From positions 24,907-88,906 of the forward strand of contig CAZMEZ010000004.1 in assembly GCA_964565425.1 (NCBI GenBank): 64,000 bases of DNA. Direction: 5' to 3'. A program made the position numbers and the translations under genes. The notes below the pieces were generated by a model. The model saw only the letters and a list, made by a program, of their open reading frames with translations. It made no database searches and was not told the origin of the DNA. This document shows, piece after piece, positions 17,743 to 27,051 of the stretch. This stretch comes from an uncultured Planctomycetia bacterium. Its GTDB lineage: Bacteria; Omnitrophota; Gorgyraeia; Tantalellales; Tantalellaceae. Numbering within the stretch: the first letter of the stretch is position 1; each line of letters starts with the position of its first letter.

Positions 17743-18723
17743 ATGCTAAACGGCAGCACAGTACTTGTCACGGGAGGAACGGGTTCTTTCGGCAGGAAAT
17801 TCACGGAGATGGTCTTCGAAAGATACAAGCCGAAAAAACTCATCATATTCAGCAGGGACGAGTTCAAGCAGCACGAGATGTCCAAGACGTTCCCTCCCCA
17901 CGAATACCCCGTACGGTATTTTCTGGGGGATATCCGCGATAAGACCAGGCTTTACAGGGCTTTCGAAGGGGTAGATTACGTAATTCACGCCGCGGCGCTG
18001 AAACAGGTGCCGGCGCTCGAATATAACCCTATCGAAGCGGTAAGGACGAACGTCGCCGGCGCGGACAATATAGTGGACGCGGCCATCGATGTCGGCGTCA
18101 AAAAGGTCGTGGCGCTTTCCACCGATAAGGCCGTGAGCCCCATAAACCTGTACGGGGCGACAAAGCTCGTGGCGGAGAAGATATTCGTCGCGGCCAACGC
18201 TTACGGAGGGGAAAAAACCAAGTTTTCCGTAGTCAGGTACGGGAACGTGGTAGGTTCAAGAGGAAGCGTGATACCTTTTTATCTCGATCTCAAAAAGAAA
18301 GGCATAAATGAATTTCCGGTCACCGATAAAAAGATGACCCGTTTCTGGATAACGCTGGAGGAAGGCGTCGATCTGGTGCTAAAGGCGCTTGAAGAATCCG
18401 TCGGGGGCGAGGTCTTTATCCCGAAGATACCTTCGATGAAGATCGTTGACCTCGCCAGGGCGATAGACCCGGAGTGCGGGATAAAGGTAATAGGCATAAG
18501 ACCCGGGGAAAAGATGCACGAAACGCTTGTATCCGAGGACGAAGCCAGGAACGTCAGGGTATTCGACGGGTTATACGTAATGCTCCCGCAGTTCTTCGAA
18601 AAGGCGGAAGCCCATGAAAAGTACGATTCTTGTCCGCTGGTGCCGGAAGGATTTGTTTACAGGAGCGATAAGAACGACCGGTGGCTTCACGTGGACCAGC
18701 TCCATGAAATGATAAGGATGTGA
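17743..18723 (+). CDS. pseB: UDP-N-acetylglucosamine 4,6-dehydratase (inverting)
   Basis: VLVTGGTGSFGRKF, the YGATK catalytic motif, about 326 aa, adjacent to pseC. Confidence 0.85.
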   Translation: MLNGSTVLVTGGTGSFGRKFTEMVFERYKPKKLIIFSRDEFKQHEMSKTFPPHEYPVRYFLGDIRDKTRLYRAFEGVDYVIHAAALKQVPALEYNPIEAVRTNVAGADNIVDAAIDVGVKKVVALSTDKAVSPINLYGATKLVAEKIFVAANAYGGEKTKFSVVRYGNVVGSRGSVIPFYLDLKKKGINEFPVTDKKMTRFWITLEEGVDLVLKALEESVGGEVFIPKIPSMKIVDLARAIDPECGIKVIGIRPGEKMHETLVSEDEARNVRVFDGLYVMLPQFFEKAEAHEKYDSCPLVPEGFVYRSDKNDRWLHVDQLHEMIRM

Positions 18724-18727
18724 CGTT

Positions 18728-19873
18728 ATGAGGCTTATACCGTACGGCCGGCAGCATATCGACGCGAGCGACATAAAAGAAGTGGCAAGCGCGCTCGGAT
18801 CGGACTGGATAACCCAGGGACCGAGGATAAAAGAGTTCGAGGACGCGCTTTGCGGGTATACCGGGGCCCTGTACGCGGTAGCGGTATCCAACGGGACCGC
18901 GGCGCTGCATATAGCGTGCCTTGCTGCGGGCATAACAAAGGACGACGAGGCAATAACCTCTCCCATGACCTTTGTCGCTTCGGCGAACTGCGTTCTTTAT
19001 TGCGGAGGAAAACCGGTATTTGCCGACGTAAAGGAAAACACGGCGAATATCGATCCGGACCAGATAAAGAAAAAGATCACCGGTAGAACAAAAGCGATCA
19101 TACCGGTGCATTTTGCCGGACATCCCTGTGACATTGAGGAGATAAAAGGGATCGCCGACAAGCACGGTCTCATGATAATAGAGGACGCGGCGCACGCGTT
19201 AGGCGCGGAATACGGTGGCGGCAAAGTGGGATCATGCGAGCATTCCGACATGGCGATATTCAGTTTCCATCCGGTTAAGTCGATAACCACGGGCGAAGGA
19301 GGGGCGGTCCTTACCAACCGGAAGGACCTTTATGAAAAGCTTTTGATGCTGAGAGCCCACGGGATAACAAAGGATAACGGGCGGATGTCCTCCGGCGAGG
19401 GGGCCTGGTATTACGAGCAGCAGCAGCTGGGGTTCAACTACCGTATAACGGATTTCCAGTGCGTGCTCGGCCTGAACCAGCTTAAGAAACTCGAAGAGTT
19501 CGTATCCCGCAGAAGGGAGATAGCCGGCATCTATGCCCGCGGGCTGTCACGGGAAAGCGCTCTCATGCTGCCCGGCGAGGAAGGGCCCGTAAGATCGGCG
19601 TGGCATATTTACTGCGTACGCGTTAAGGACGCCGCAAAAAGAAAGCCCTTGTTCGATCATTTGAGGAAAGCGGGCATAATTCCCCAGGTCCATTATATCC
19701 CGGTGTATTTTCATCCATATTACAAAGGGCTCGGTTACGAAAAAGGCATCTGTCCTAGGGCCGAGGATTTTTACGCGCGGGAAATAAGCATACCCCTTTA
19801 CCCGGCGATGACGGATGAAGACGCGGCATATGTAATAAAGATGATCTCCAAATTCTGCGGGGAGGGAAGATGA
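18728..19873 (+). CDS. pseC: UDP-4-amino-4,6-dideoxy-N-acetyl-beta-L-altrosamine transaminase (DegT family)
   Basis: IPYGRQHIDASDIKEVASALGSDWITQGPRIKEFE start and PLP lysine context FSFHPVKSITTGEGG. Confidence 0.8.
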   Translation: MRLIPYGRQHIDASDIKEVASALGSDWITQGPRIKEFEDALCGYTGALYAVAVSNGTAALHIACLAAGITKDDEAITSPMTFVASANCVLYCGGKPVFADVKENTANIDPDQIKKKITGRTKAIIPVHFAGHPCDIEEIKGIADKHGLMIIEDAAHALGAEYGGGKVGSCEHSDMAIFSFHPVKSITTGEGGAVLTNRKDLYEKLLMLRAHGITKDNGRMSSGEGAWYYEQQQLGFNYRITDFQCVLGLNQLKKLEEFVSRRREIAGIYARGLSRESALMLPGEEGPVRSAWHIYCVRVKDAAKRKPLFDHLRKAGIIPQVHYIPVYFHPYYKGLGYEKGICPRAEDFYAREISIPLYPAMTDEDAAYVIKMISKFCGEGR

Positions 19874-20613
19874 AGGTCGGGGCGATAATACAGGCGAGAA
19901 CGACTTCGACCAGGCTTCCTCGAAAGGTGCTGAAGGAGTTGCCGCGCGGCAGCGGTATCACGGTCCTGGAACAGGTGATAAGAAGGCTAAAGAGGGCAAA
20001 GAAGCTGGATGCGATAGTAGTCGCCACCACTACGGACCGGGAAGACGACCCCATCGTCGCGATCGCGGAAAAAGAAAAAGTGGACGTTTTCCGCGGCAGC
20101 AGGGACGACGTCCTGTCCCGGTATTATCTGGCGGCGAAGGAGAACGGCCTGGACGCGGTGGTGAGAGTGACGAGCGATTGTCCGTGCATCGATCCGGCCG
20201 TATTGGATATCGTGACCGAAGCGCACGTCAGGCACGGGGTGGATTACACCTCGAACACCTTGACGAGGACATATCCGCGCGGTCTTGACGTGGAAGCGAT
20301 AAGTTTCAGCGCTCTTGAGACGGCGCACGAGAAGGCGGAGCTGAAATCGGACAGGGAACACGTTACCTCTTACATATACAGGACGCGTCCGGATTTTTTC
20401 AGCAAGAGACAGATAACGGCGCCGGAAGGGGATGACGCCTCCGCTATCAGGGCGACTTTGGACACGGAGGAAGATTACGGGCTCCTCTCCGCCGTGTTCG
20501 ATCACCTGTATCCCGAAAATGAATTTTTCGGAGTCAATGAGCTCGTGCGCTTTTTCGATAACAATCCGTGGGCAAAAAAGATAAACGAAAAAATAAACCA
20601 AAAGAAGATATGA
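19870..20613 (+). CDS. SpsF/FlmC-like cytidylyltransferase-family protein
   Basis: MKVGAIIQARTTSTRLPRKVL N-terminus. The ATGA overlaps the pseC stop. Confidence 0.6.
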   Translation: MKVGAIIQARTTSTRLPRKVLKELPRGSGITVLEQVIRRLKRAKKLDAIVVATTTDREDDPIVAIAEKEKVDVFRGSRDDVLSRYYLAAKENGLDAVVRVTSDCPCIDPAVLDIVTEAHVRHGVDYTSNTLTRTYPRGLDVEAISFSALETAHEKAELKSDREHVTSYIYRTRPDFFSKRQITAPEGDDASAIRATLDTEEDYGLLSAVFDHLYPENEFFGVNELVRFFDNNPWAKKINEKINQKKI

Positions 20614-20629
20614 CGGGCAAGGGCGTATC

Positions 20630-21253
20630 GTGAATAAGAGGGTCTCTATAATAGATTACGGGATGGGAAACCTGAAGTCCATAGCGAACGCGCTTACCGC
20701 CGTCGGGGCGGACGTAAAGGTGGCGGTATCCCCGAATGATCTTGGAGCGGCAGCCCGCATCGTGCTTCCGGGAGTTGGGGCTTTCGGCGACGGGATGAGC
20801 AGCCTTAAAGAACGCGGTTGGATGGAGGCACTGAACGAAGAGGTCATGATAAAGAAAAAAACTTTTCTCGGCGTTTGTCTCGGGATGCAGCTCCTGGCGT
20901 CGGCAAGTACGGAGCACGGGGAGCATGAAGGATTCGGGTGGATATCCGGCAGGGTGGACAAGATAAGTTCGGCCGGCGTACGAGTTCCCCATATAGGGTG
21001 GAATGACGTCAGGCTGGTCAAGAGAGAAGGGCTTTACTCGGGGATAGACGATCCACAGGCATTCTATTTCGTTCATAGTTATGTGTTCCGTCCGGATGAT
21101 CCCTCCGTTGTCAGCGGGGTATGTTCCTACGGAACGGATTTTGCGGCCAGCATAGAAAAAGAGAACATATATGCCACGCAGTTTCACCCGGAAAAAAGCC
21201 ATAAGAAGGGGCTGGCGGTATTGAAGAACTTCCTGGAGGCGCGGGGATGCTGA
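20630..21253 (+). CDS. hisH: glutamine amidotransferase, HisH paralogue (WbuY-type, glycan amidation)
   Basis: IIDYGMGNLKSIANAL, nucleophile elbow GVCLGMQLL, and C-terminal FHPEKS. Confidence 0.85.
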   Translation: MNKRVSIIDYGMGNLKSIANALTAVGADVKVAVSPNDLGAAARIVLPGVGAFGDGMSSLKERGWMEALNEEVMIKKKTFLGVCLGMQLLASASTEHGEHEGFGWISGRVDKISSAGVRVPHIGWNDVRLVKREGLYSGIDDPQAFYFVHSYVFRPDDPSVVSGVCSYGTDFAASIEKENIYATQFHPEKSHKKGLAVLKNFLEARGC

Positions 21254-22035
21254 AGAAAAGACTTATACCGGTATTGCTCCTGCAGAACGGCCTGTTGGTA
21301 AGGAGCGAGCTTTTCAAGATACACCAGATAATCGGGAACCCGATACACGAGGTGCAGAGGTTCAACGAATGGAACGTGGATGAACTGGTATATCTGGATA
21401 TCACTAAAGACGACAACTATGATCTAAGGAGAAGCGACGGCAAGGTGAAAGGCCTGGGCGACCCTTTAAGCATTCTCGACGCGGTGAGCGATACCTGTTT
21501 TATGCCGCTCACGTGGGGAGGGCGCATCCGCAGGGTCGAGGACATGAGAACGTTCATCAGCCACGGCGCGGATAAAGTGACGATCAATACGGCGGCCGTG
21601 AAGACCCCCGGTCTTATCACGCGGGGAGCCAGGACTTTCGGCAGCCAGGCGATAGTCGTCAGTATAGATGTCCTGCGTCATGCTGGCGGCAAAACGGAGG
21701 TATTCATAGAAGGCGGACGGACTCCAACGGGCAAGAGACCCGAGGGATGGGCCAAGGAAGCGGAAGACCGTGGCGCGGGAGAGATACTCCTGCAGTCGAT
21801 CGACCGTGACGGCACGGGAGAAGGTTATGATCTCGAGCTTATCGAGGCGGTATCTTCGGCCGTTACCATACCCGTGATCGCGTGTAGCGGGGTCGGGGTT
21901 TACGAACATTACCCGCAGGCCGTCAAGGCGGGAGCGTCAGCCGTAGCGGCCGCGAACATATGGCATTTTAAGGAATTGTCCGATAAGGGGGGCAAACGCG
22001 CCCTGGCGCGCGCCCAGGTCGAAATACGCACTTAA
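21247..22035 (+). CDS. hisF: cyclase-subunit HisF paralogue (WbuZ-type)
   Basis: KRLIPVLLLQNGLLVRS start and a (beta/alpha)8 HisF-like sequence. It overlaps the hisH paralogue. Confidence 0.85.
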   Translation: MLKKRLIPVLLLQNGLLVRSELFKIHQIIGNPIHEVQRFNEWNVDELVYLDITKDDNYDLRRSDGKVKGLGDPLSILDAVSDTCFMPLTWGGRIRRVEDMRTFISHGADKVTINTAAVKTPGLITRGARTFGSQAIVVSIDVLRHAGGKTEVFIEGGRTPTGKRPEGWAKEAEDRGAGEILLQSIDRDGTGEGYDLELIEAVSSAVTIPVIACSGVGVYEHYPQAVKAGASAVAAANIWHFKELSDKGGKRALARAQVEIRT

Positions 22036-22049
22036 CATAGGAGAAGTAT

Positions 22050-23249
22050 ATGTCGGTCCGGTATTGCAGCAAATGTGTCTATCCGGCTATAGCGGCTACG
22101 CCGCTCACTTTCGACGACGACGGCGTGTGTTCCGGATGCCGGGTTTCCGGTCAAAAGGACACCATCGACTGGGAAAAAAGAGGCAGGATGCTGAAGGATC
22201 TGGCGGACGGGTACAAGACGGGAAGTAACTATGATATCGTCATACCCGTCAGCGGCGGCAAGGACAGTTATTTCCAGGCCCATTATGCGGTGAAAGAACT
22301 GGGCCTTAAACCTCTTCTCGTGACCTATCACGGGAACAATTATCTCCCGGAAGGAGAGTACAACCTTTTCAGGATGAGGGAGGTCTTTGACTGTGACCAC
22401 ATAATTGTGAGGCCGAGTGTTGAAACGCTGGTCAAGATGAACCGCATAGGGTTCAAGCTCCAGGGCGACATGAACTGGCACGCGCATTGTGGCATATTCA
22501 CCGTGCCTATACAGATCGCCGTTAGATACAAAGTGCCGCTGATGATGTGGGGGGAGCACGGGTTCATGGACCTGGGGGGGATGTATTCGCACAATGATTT
22601 CGTGGAGTTCACGGCGAAATTCCGGCTTGAACACGCGCTGAGAGGATACGACTGGTACGATTTTACGGACGAAGGCCTTGAAAAACTGGGCAGGCCCGAG
22701 ATCAAGGAGGGGCTGACCGCGCGGGACCTTTTGTGGGCGCGGTACCCGGGCGACGACGAGATAGACGAGGTAGGGGTGCGCGGTATATACCTCGGTAACT
22801 ACGCGCATTGGGACGCGAACCGCCATTCCCGCATGGTAATGGAAAAATACGGTTGGAAACCGGCACAGAGAGAGTTCGAACGCACCTACAGGAAGATATC
22901 CAACCTTGACGACATGCACGAGAACGGTATCCACGATTATCTCAAATTCGTGAAATTCGGGTATGGCCGGGGCACCGACCATTCGTGCAAGGATATCCGC
23001 GCGGGCATAATGACGCGCGGGCAGGCCGTAGAAATGGTCAGGAAATACGATCACGTCAAGCCCAGGTTCGATCTGGACAGGTGGCTGAAATATGTGGACA
23101 TGACCGAAGAGGAATTCGACCATATCTGCGACACTTTCAGGGACGGACGTGTGTGGCGACAGGAAAAGGGACAATGGGTAAAAGATAACGTCTGGGGGGA
23201 ACCGTCCGCGTACGGACCGGTACACGCGACGGGTTCTTTGGTGAAATGA
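22050..23249 (+). CDS. N-acetyl sugar amidotransferase (PP-loop; WbuX/PseA-like)
   Basis: N-terminal Zn ribbon CSKC...CSGC and the PP-loop IPVSGGKDS. Confidence 0.85.
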   Translation: MSVRYCSKCVYPAIAATPLTFDDDGVCSGCRVSGQKDTIDWEKRGRMLKDLADGYKTGSNYDIVIPVSGGKDSYFQAHYAVKELGLKPLLVTYHGNNYLPEGEYNLFRMREVFDCDHIIVRPSVETLVKMNRIGFKLQGDMNWHAHCGIFTVPIQIAVRYKVPLMMWGEHGFMDLGGMYSHNDFVEFTAKFRLEHALRGYDWYDFTDEGLEKLGRPEIKEGLTARDLLWARYPGDDEIDEVGVRGIYLGNYAHWDANRHSRMVMEKYGWKPAQREFERTYRKISNLDDMHENGIHDYLKFVKFGYGRGTDHSCKDIRAGIMTRGQAVEMVRKYDHVKPRFDLDRWLKYVDMTEEEFDHICDTFRDGRVWRQEKGQWVKDNVWGEPSAYGPVHATGSLVK

Positions 23250-23273
23250 CCATATTAATAAAGGCCGAAAAGT

Positions 23274-24431
23274 ATGGATAAAACACGCAAGTTGTACGAG
23301 AAGGCCAGGAAATTGATGCCGGAGAGAAACAGGTTCCTTTCCGAAGAACCGGAGCTGCGTTTCCCGGACATCTGGCCCGTTTATTACAAAGGGGCCAGGG
23401 GGTGCGAGATAAGGGATCTCGACGACAGGCGATATGTCGATATGAGCTGCATGAACACGGGTTCATGTATCCTGGGGTACTCGGACGAGGATGTCGACGG
23501 CGCCGTGAAGGCCGTTATAGAAAAGGGATCGATGTCGACGCTTAATTGCCCCGAAGAAGTGGAGCTTGCCGAGCTTTTGTGTGGAATACATCCATGGGCC
23601 GACAGGGTCGTTTTCACCGGCGTCGAGAAAGAAGCCGCGCGCATGGCGGCCGACGCGGCAAGGGTAAAGACTGGCAGGGACACCGTCCTTTTCTGCGGTC
23701 GCCGGGACAAAGGTCCCTCCTTCGCGTATAACGATATCGAAGGTTTTCTTGAGGCGGCCGACAAGAACAAAGACAGGATAGCCGCGGTGGTGATGGAACC
23801 CGCGCGGGACCGCATGCCCGTAAAGAATTTCCTCGAGATCATAAGGGAAAGAACGCAGAAAGAGGGTACGGTCCTTATTTTCGACGAGACAGTGTCCGGG
23901 TGGCGTCTTAACCTGGGCGGGGCCCACATGGGGTTCGGCGTAAAACCCGACATGGCGATATTCTCAAAAAGCACGGGTAACGGTTATTCTGTTTCGGCGG
24001 TAATAGGAACCACGGAAGCGATGGACGGTTTTGGGGGAGCCGCTTGTCCGCCGGAAAGGATAGGGGCCGCGGCCGCGATAACGGCCATAAGAAAGATGCG
24101 AAAACATAACGTCGCGGCGCACCTGGTGGAAGCCGGAAAAACGGTCAGGGAGGGATGGAGGAAGGCGGCGGAGAGACAGGGGCTGAAAATAGAGGTAAGG
24201 GGTATTCCGCCTTTAAGCTGGTTTTCATTCTGCTATGACGGCCCCCTTGCGCCGGAATCTCTTTTTGCCCAGTTCATGCTTAAAGAGGGGTTTCTGGCCG
24301 TTAACATGTTCTGCGCTTCGTACGCGCACAAGAAAGAGGACGTGGAAAAGTATTTAAAGGCTTCGGAAGGGTCTTTCGGGGCCATAGCGAGGGCAATAGA
24401 GGAAGGGAACCCGGCTAAATACATGAAGTAG
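23274..24431 (+). CDS. class-III aminotransferase (glutamate-1-semialdehyde aminomutase-like)
   Basis: 385 aa with a class-III fold pattern. FDETVSGWR and IFSKSTGNGY form the PLP-Lys context. Confidence 0.65.
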   Translation: MDKTRKLYEKARKLMPERNRFLSEEPELRFPDIWPVYYKGARGCEIRDLDDRRYVDMSCMNTGSCILGYSDEDVDGAVKAVIEKGSMSTLNCPEEVELAELLCGIHPWADRVVFTGVEKEAARMAADAARVKTGRDTVLFCGRRDKGPSFAYNDIEGFLEAADKNKDRIAAVVMEPARDRMPVKNFLEIIRERTQKEGTVLIFDETVSGWRLNLGGAHMGFGVKPDMAIFSKSTGNGYSVSAVIGTTEAMDGFGGAACPPERIGAAAAITAIRKMRKHNVAAHLVEAGKTVREGWRKAAERQGLKIEVRGIPPLSWFSFCYDGPLAPESLFAQFMLKEGFLAVNMFCASYAHKKEDVEKYLKASEGSFGAIARAIEEGNPAKYMK

Positions 24432-24484
24432 GCGGGGTCCACTGCAGGACAAGGGAGCCGCTGAAGCCGCGGGAAAGAGGCGAT

Positions 24485-25243
24485 ATGCGCGCAGTGAAAA
24501 TAATTTTTCTTGGGACCAACGGATGGTACACGACTGAGACGGGGAATACCACGTGTGTTTTCATGGAAACGAAGGATAACTATATAGTCCTCGACGCGGG
24601 GAACGGCATTTACCGGCTTGACGAGTATGTGAAGAGCGTCGATAAACCGATCTACGTTTTCCTGAGCCATTTCCACCTGGACCATATAAGCGGGCTTCAC
24701 ATCCTGGCCAAGTTCAGATTTCCCCAGGGCATGACCATATGCGGGCACAGGGGAACAAGGGAGATCCTTGATGGTATCATGCGGCAACCGTTCACGGTCC
24801 CGCTCGAAGATATTCCTTTCAAGATCGAGGTAAAGGAAATCGAAGAAGGGGTCGCCTCGGCCTTTCCGTTCCACGTTGAGGCGCGAGAGGTCCCGCATTC
24901 CTCGATGTGCCTGGCCTACAGGTTCGAAGTAGAGGGCAGGATAGTGACGTATTGCACCGACGCGGGGTATTGCCGGGCGGCGGTAGAGTTGGCCCGGGAC
25001 TCGAACGTGCTCATAGCCGAGTGCACGTTGAAGCCCGGCGAGAAGAACGAGAAATGGCCGCATCTTAATCCCGCGGACTCCGCGAGGATCGCGCAAGAAG
25101 CGGGAGCGGAGAAACTCGTGCTCATGCATTTTGACGCCGACAATTACCGGAGCATTTATGACAGGGAAAAAGCCCAGGCCGTGGCGGAGAAGGTTTTTAA
25201 GAACACAACGGCTGCCAGGGACGGAATGGTGGTGGAGCTGTAG
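24485..25243 (+). CDS. MBL-fold metallo-hydrolase
   Basis: SHFHLDH motif and a downstream His/Asp pattern. Confidence 0.75.
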   Translation: MRAVKIIFLGTNGWYTTETGNTTCVFMETKDNYIVLDAGNGIYRLDEYVKSVDKPIYVFLSHFHLDHISGLHILAKFRFPQGMTICGHRGTREILDGIMRQPFTVPLEDIPFKIEVKEIEEGVASAFPFHVEAREVPHSSMCLAYRFEVEGRIVTYCTDAGYCRAAVELARDSNVLIAECTLKPGEKNEKWPHLNPADSARIAQEAGAEKLVLMHFDADNYRSIYDREKAQAVAEKVFKNTTAARDGMVVEL

Positions 25244-25586
25244 AGAGATCGCATAGCGCAAAGCGCATAGCGGTTCGCGATGTGCGGTTAGCGGGTCGAG
25301 AAAGTAAATAATAAGTGATACGTGATACGCAGGCTAGAGGCACGAGGCTAGAGGCACGAGGCTAGAGGCAAGAGGCAAGAGGCAAGAGGCGAAAGAAAGG
25401 CGTTGATTACGAAGATTAAGACGCAGACGATGATCTTAGATTACGAAGATCTGATCCCCGTAATCTATTTAAATCTTCGTAATCAAATTATATAGTACGC
25501 GTTATCTGTGATCATCTGTTTTAAATCTGTGCTCATCCGTGTTTTAAGGAAAAACGAACGACGAACGGCGAACAACGGACGACGAT
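25241..25586 (+). repeat. mosaic spacer A: heptamer arrays, a core element of about 100 bp, and a CGAACGA array
   Basis: The order is cgcatag words, gtgatac words, then a 14-mer/7-mer tandem at 25332-25389 (GAGG every 7 nt, 8 times). The core follows at 25389-25487, including a perfect 12-bp hairpin (gattacgaagat 25439-25450 / atcttcgtaatc 25473-25484). The spacer ends with gaacgac gaacggc gaacaac ggacgac. Confidence 0.9.
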
Positions 25587-27050
25587 ATGAAAAATAACAT
25601 GCGGGTTTATATAGTTACCGAAGGGGGCGAGGGTATCGGTTACGGACACGTAACGAGGTGCCTCTCGCTTTGCCAGGCTTTTGAAGGGGAGGGCATCTCT
25701 CCGATATTCATAATAAACGGGGATAAAAGCATTAAGAATATCATCGGCGGAAGGGACTGCGTGACGTTCAACTGGCTTAAAGAGGGGGAAAAGCTGCTGA
25801 AGATCATCGATGGTTCGGATATAACGATAATAGATTCCTATAAAGCGAGCCGCGCCATCTACGCGAAAATATCGGAACTGGCGCTTTTACCGGTCTTTCT
25901 GGACGATTACAAGAGAATAGACTATCCGGAAGGGGTCGTGCTGAACGGAGGCATCCACGCCGAAAGCCTTGCGTACCCCAGGAAAAGGGGGAAGACATAT
26001 CTTCTCGGCGCGAAATACGCTCTTTTGAGAAAAGACTACTGGAAGACCTCCGGCAAGAAGATCAGGAAGAGCGTTGAAAAGATACTCGTTACGTTCGGGG
26101 GGAGCGATACGGATAACTTTACCGCCGAGGTTCTTAAAGCGCTGGACGAGGCGTATCCGGAGATATCAAGAACGGCGGTTATAGGAAAGGCGTCCGGTAC
26201 GTCGCCCGTGGCAGGAAGGGCCGCGGGAGGCGGTACGCGGTTCGTTTTTGACGCGGATGCCGCGGAGATGAAGAAGGTCATGATGGAGGCCGATATCGCT
26301 GTCGCCGCCGCCGGACAAACCACATATGAACTTGCGGCGGTAGGTGTGCCCACGGTCGCGGTCTGCGTTGCCCCGAACCAGAAAATGAACCTTGTGAACT
26401 GGATGGAAAAAGGGTTTCGCGGCTGCGCGCTTGCCGGTCGCAGGATCCCGAAGGAGAAGGTCCTCGAAGGCGTGGAGTATTTTCTGCCTTACAAGAATAG
26501 AAGCGAATTTTATAAGAGCACCAGAGATCTTGTTTCCGCCGACGGGGCGCGCAACGCCGTAAAAGAACTGCTTGGCGCGTACGGTTCCGTTAAATTGAGA
26601 GGGGTCAAAAGGGACGATTGCCGTGATCTCTGGATATGGCGAAACCATCCCAGGGCGAGAAAATGGAGTTTTTGCCATGACGCGATAAGTTATCCCGACC
26701 ACGAAAAGTGGTTCGCCAAAAAGCTCGGGGATAGAAGGGCGCGGATATATATCGCTGAAGACATCCGCGGCCGAAAGATCGGGCAGGCGCGTTTTGAGGT
26801 GTTTCCCTCGAGCGCGATGATCAGCGTGAACCTGAACCCCATGTTCTACGGCAGGGGGTTCGGTTCAAAGGTAATAGAGGGCGCGACCCGGACCTTTCTC
26901 GAAGAAAGGCCGCAGGTAAAAGAGATAACGGCCGAGGTAAACGCGGCGAACATAGCGTCGATCAAGGCCTTTAAAAGAGCCGGATACGAGTTCTCGTCAA
27001 AGGAGCGGAAAGCCGGCGAGAACGCCGATATCTTCAAGTACAGGACCTAA
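25587..27050 (+). CDS. pseG: PseG-PseH fusion: UDP-2,4-diacetamido-2,4,6-trideoxy-beta-L-altropyranose hydrolase fused to a GNAT N-acetyltransferase
   Basis: N-terminal MRVYIVTEGGEGIGYGHVTRCLSLCQAF (PseG type) and a GT-B-like core. From about aa 335 (nt about 26589) a GNAT domain begins (RGRKIGQ...GRGFGSKVIE). Confidence 0.7.
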   Translation: MKNNMRVYIVTEGGEGIGYGHVTRCLSLCQAFEGEGISPIFIINGDKSIKNIIGGRDCVTFNWLKEGEKLLKIIDGSDITIIDSYKASRAIYAKISELALLPVFLDDYKRIDYPEGVVLNGGIHAESLAYPRKRGKTYLLGAKYALLRKDYWKTSGKKIRKSVEKILVTFGGSDTDNFTAEVLKALDEAYPEISRTAVIGKASGTSPVAGRAAGGGTRFVFDADAAEMKKVMMEADIAVAAAGQTTYELAAVGVPTVAVCVAPNQKMNLVNWMEKGFRGCALAGRRIPKEKVLEGVEYFLPYKNRSEFYKSTRDLVSADGARNAVKELLGAYGSVKLRGVKRDDCRDLWIWRNHPRARKWSFCHDAISYPDHEKWFAKKLGDRRARIYIAEDIRGRKIGQARFEVFPSSAMISVNLNPMFYGRGFGSKVIEGATRTFLEERPQVKEITAEVNAANIASIKAFKRAGYEFSSKERKAGENADIFKYRT

Positions 27051-27051
27051 A

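Noticed and set aside
22476-22490. TGGCACGcgcaTTGT, a near-consensus sigma-54 promoter.
   Set aside because: It lies inside the N-acetyl sugar amidotransferase CDS, the -12 element reads TTGT rather than TTGC, and no downstream start needs it.
25332-25389. Tandem repeats that might be a CRISPR array (also 59710-59774).
   Set aside because: The units are 7-14 nt and directly abutting with no spacers. No cas genes are present.
25441-25500. The TTTAAA ... TATAGT pair inside core copy A, considered as a conserved promoter carried by the repeat.
   Set aside because: The corresponding positions in copies B, D1 and D2 lack a -10-like hexamer at a workable spacing, so a promoter function for the family is not supported.
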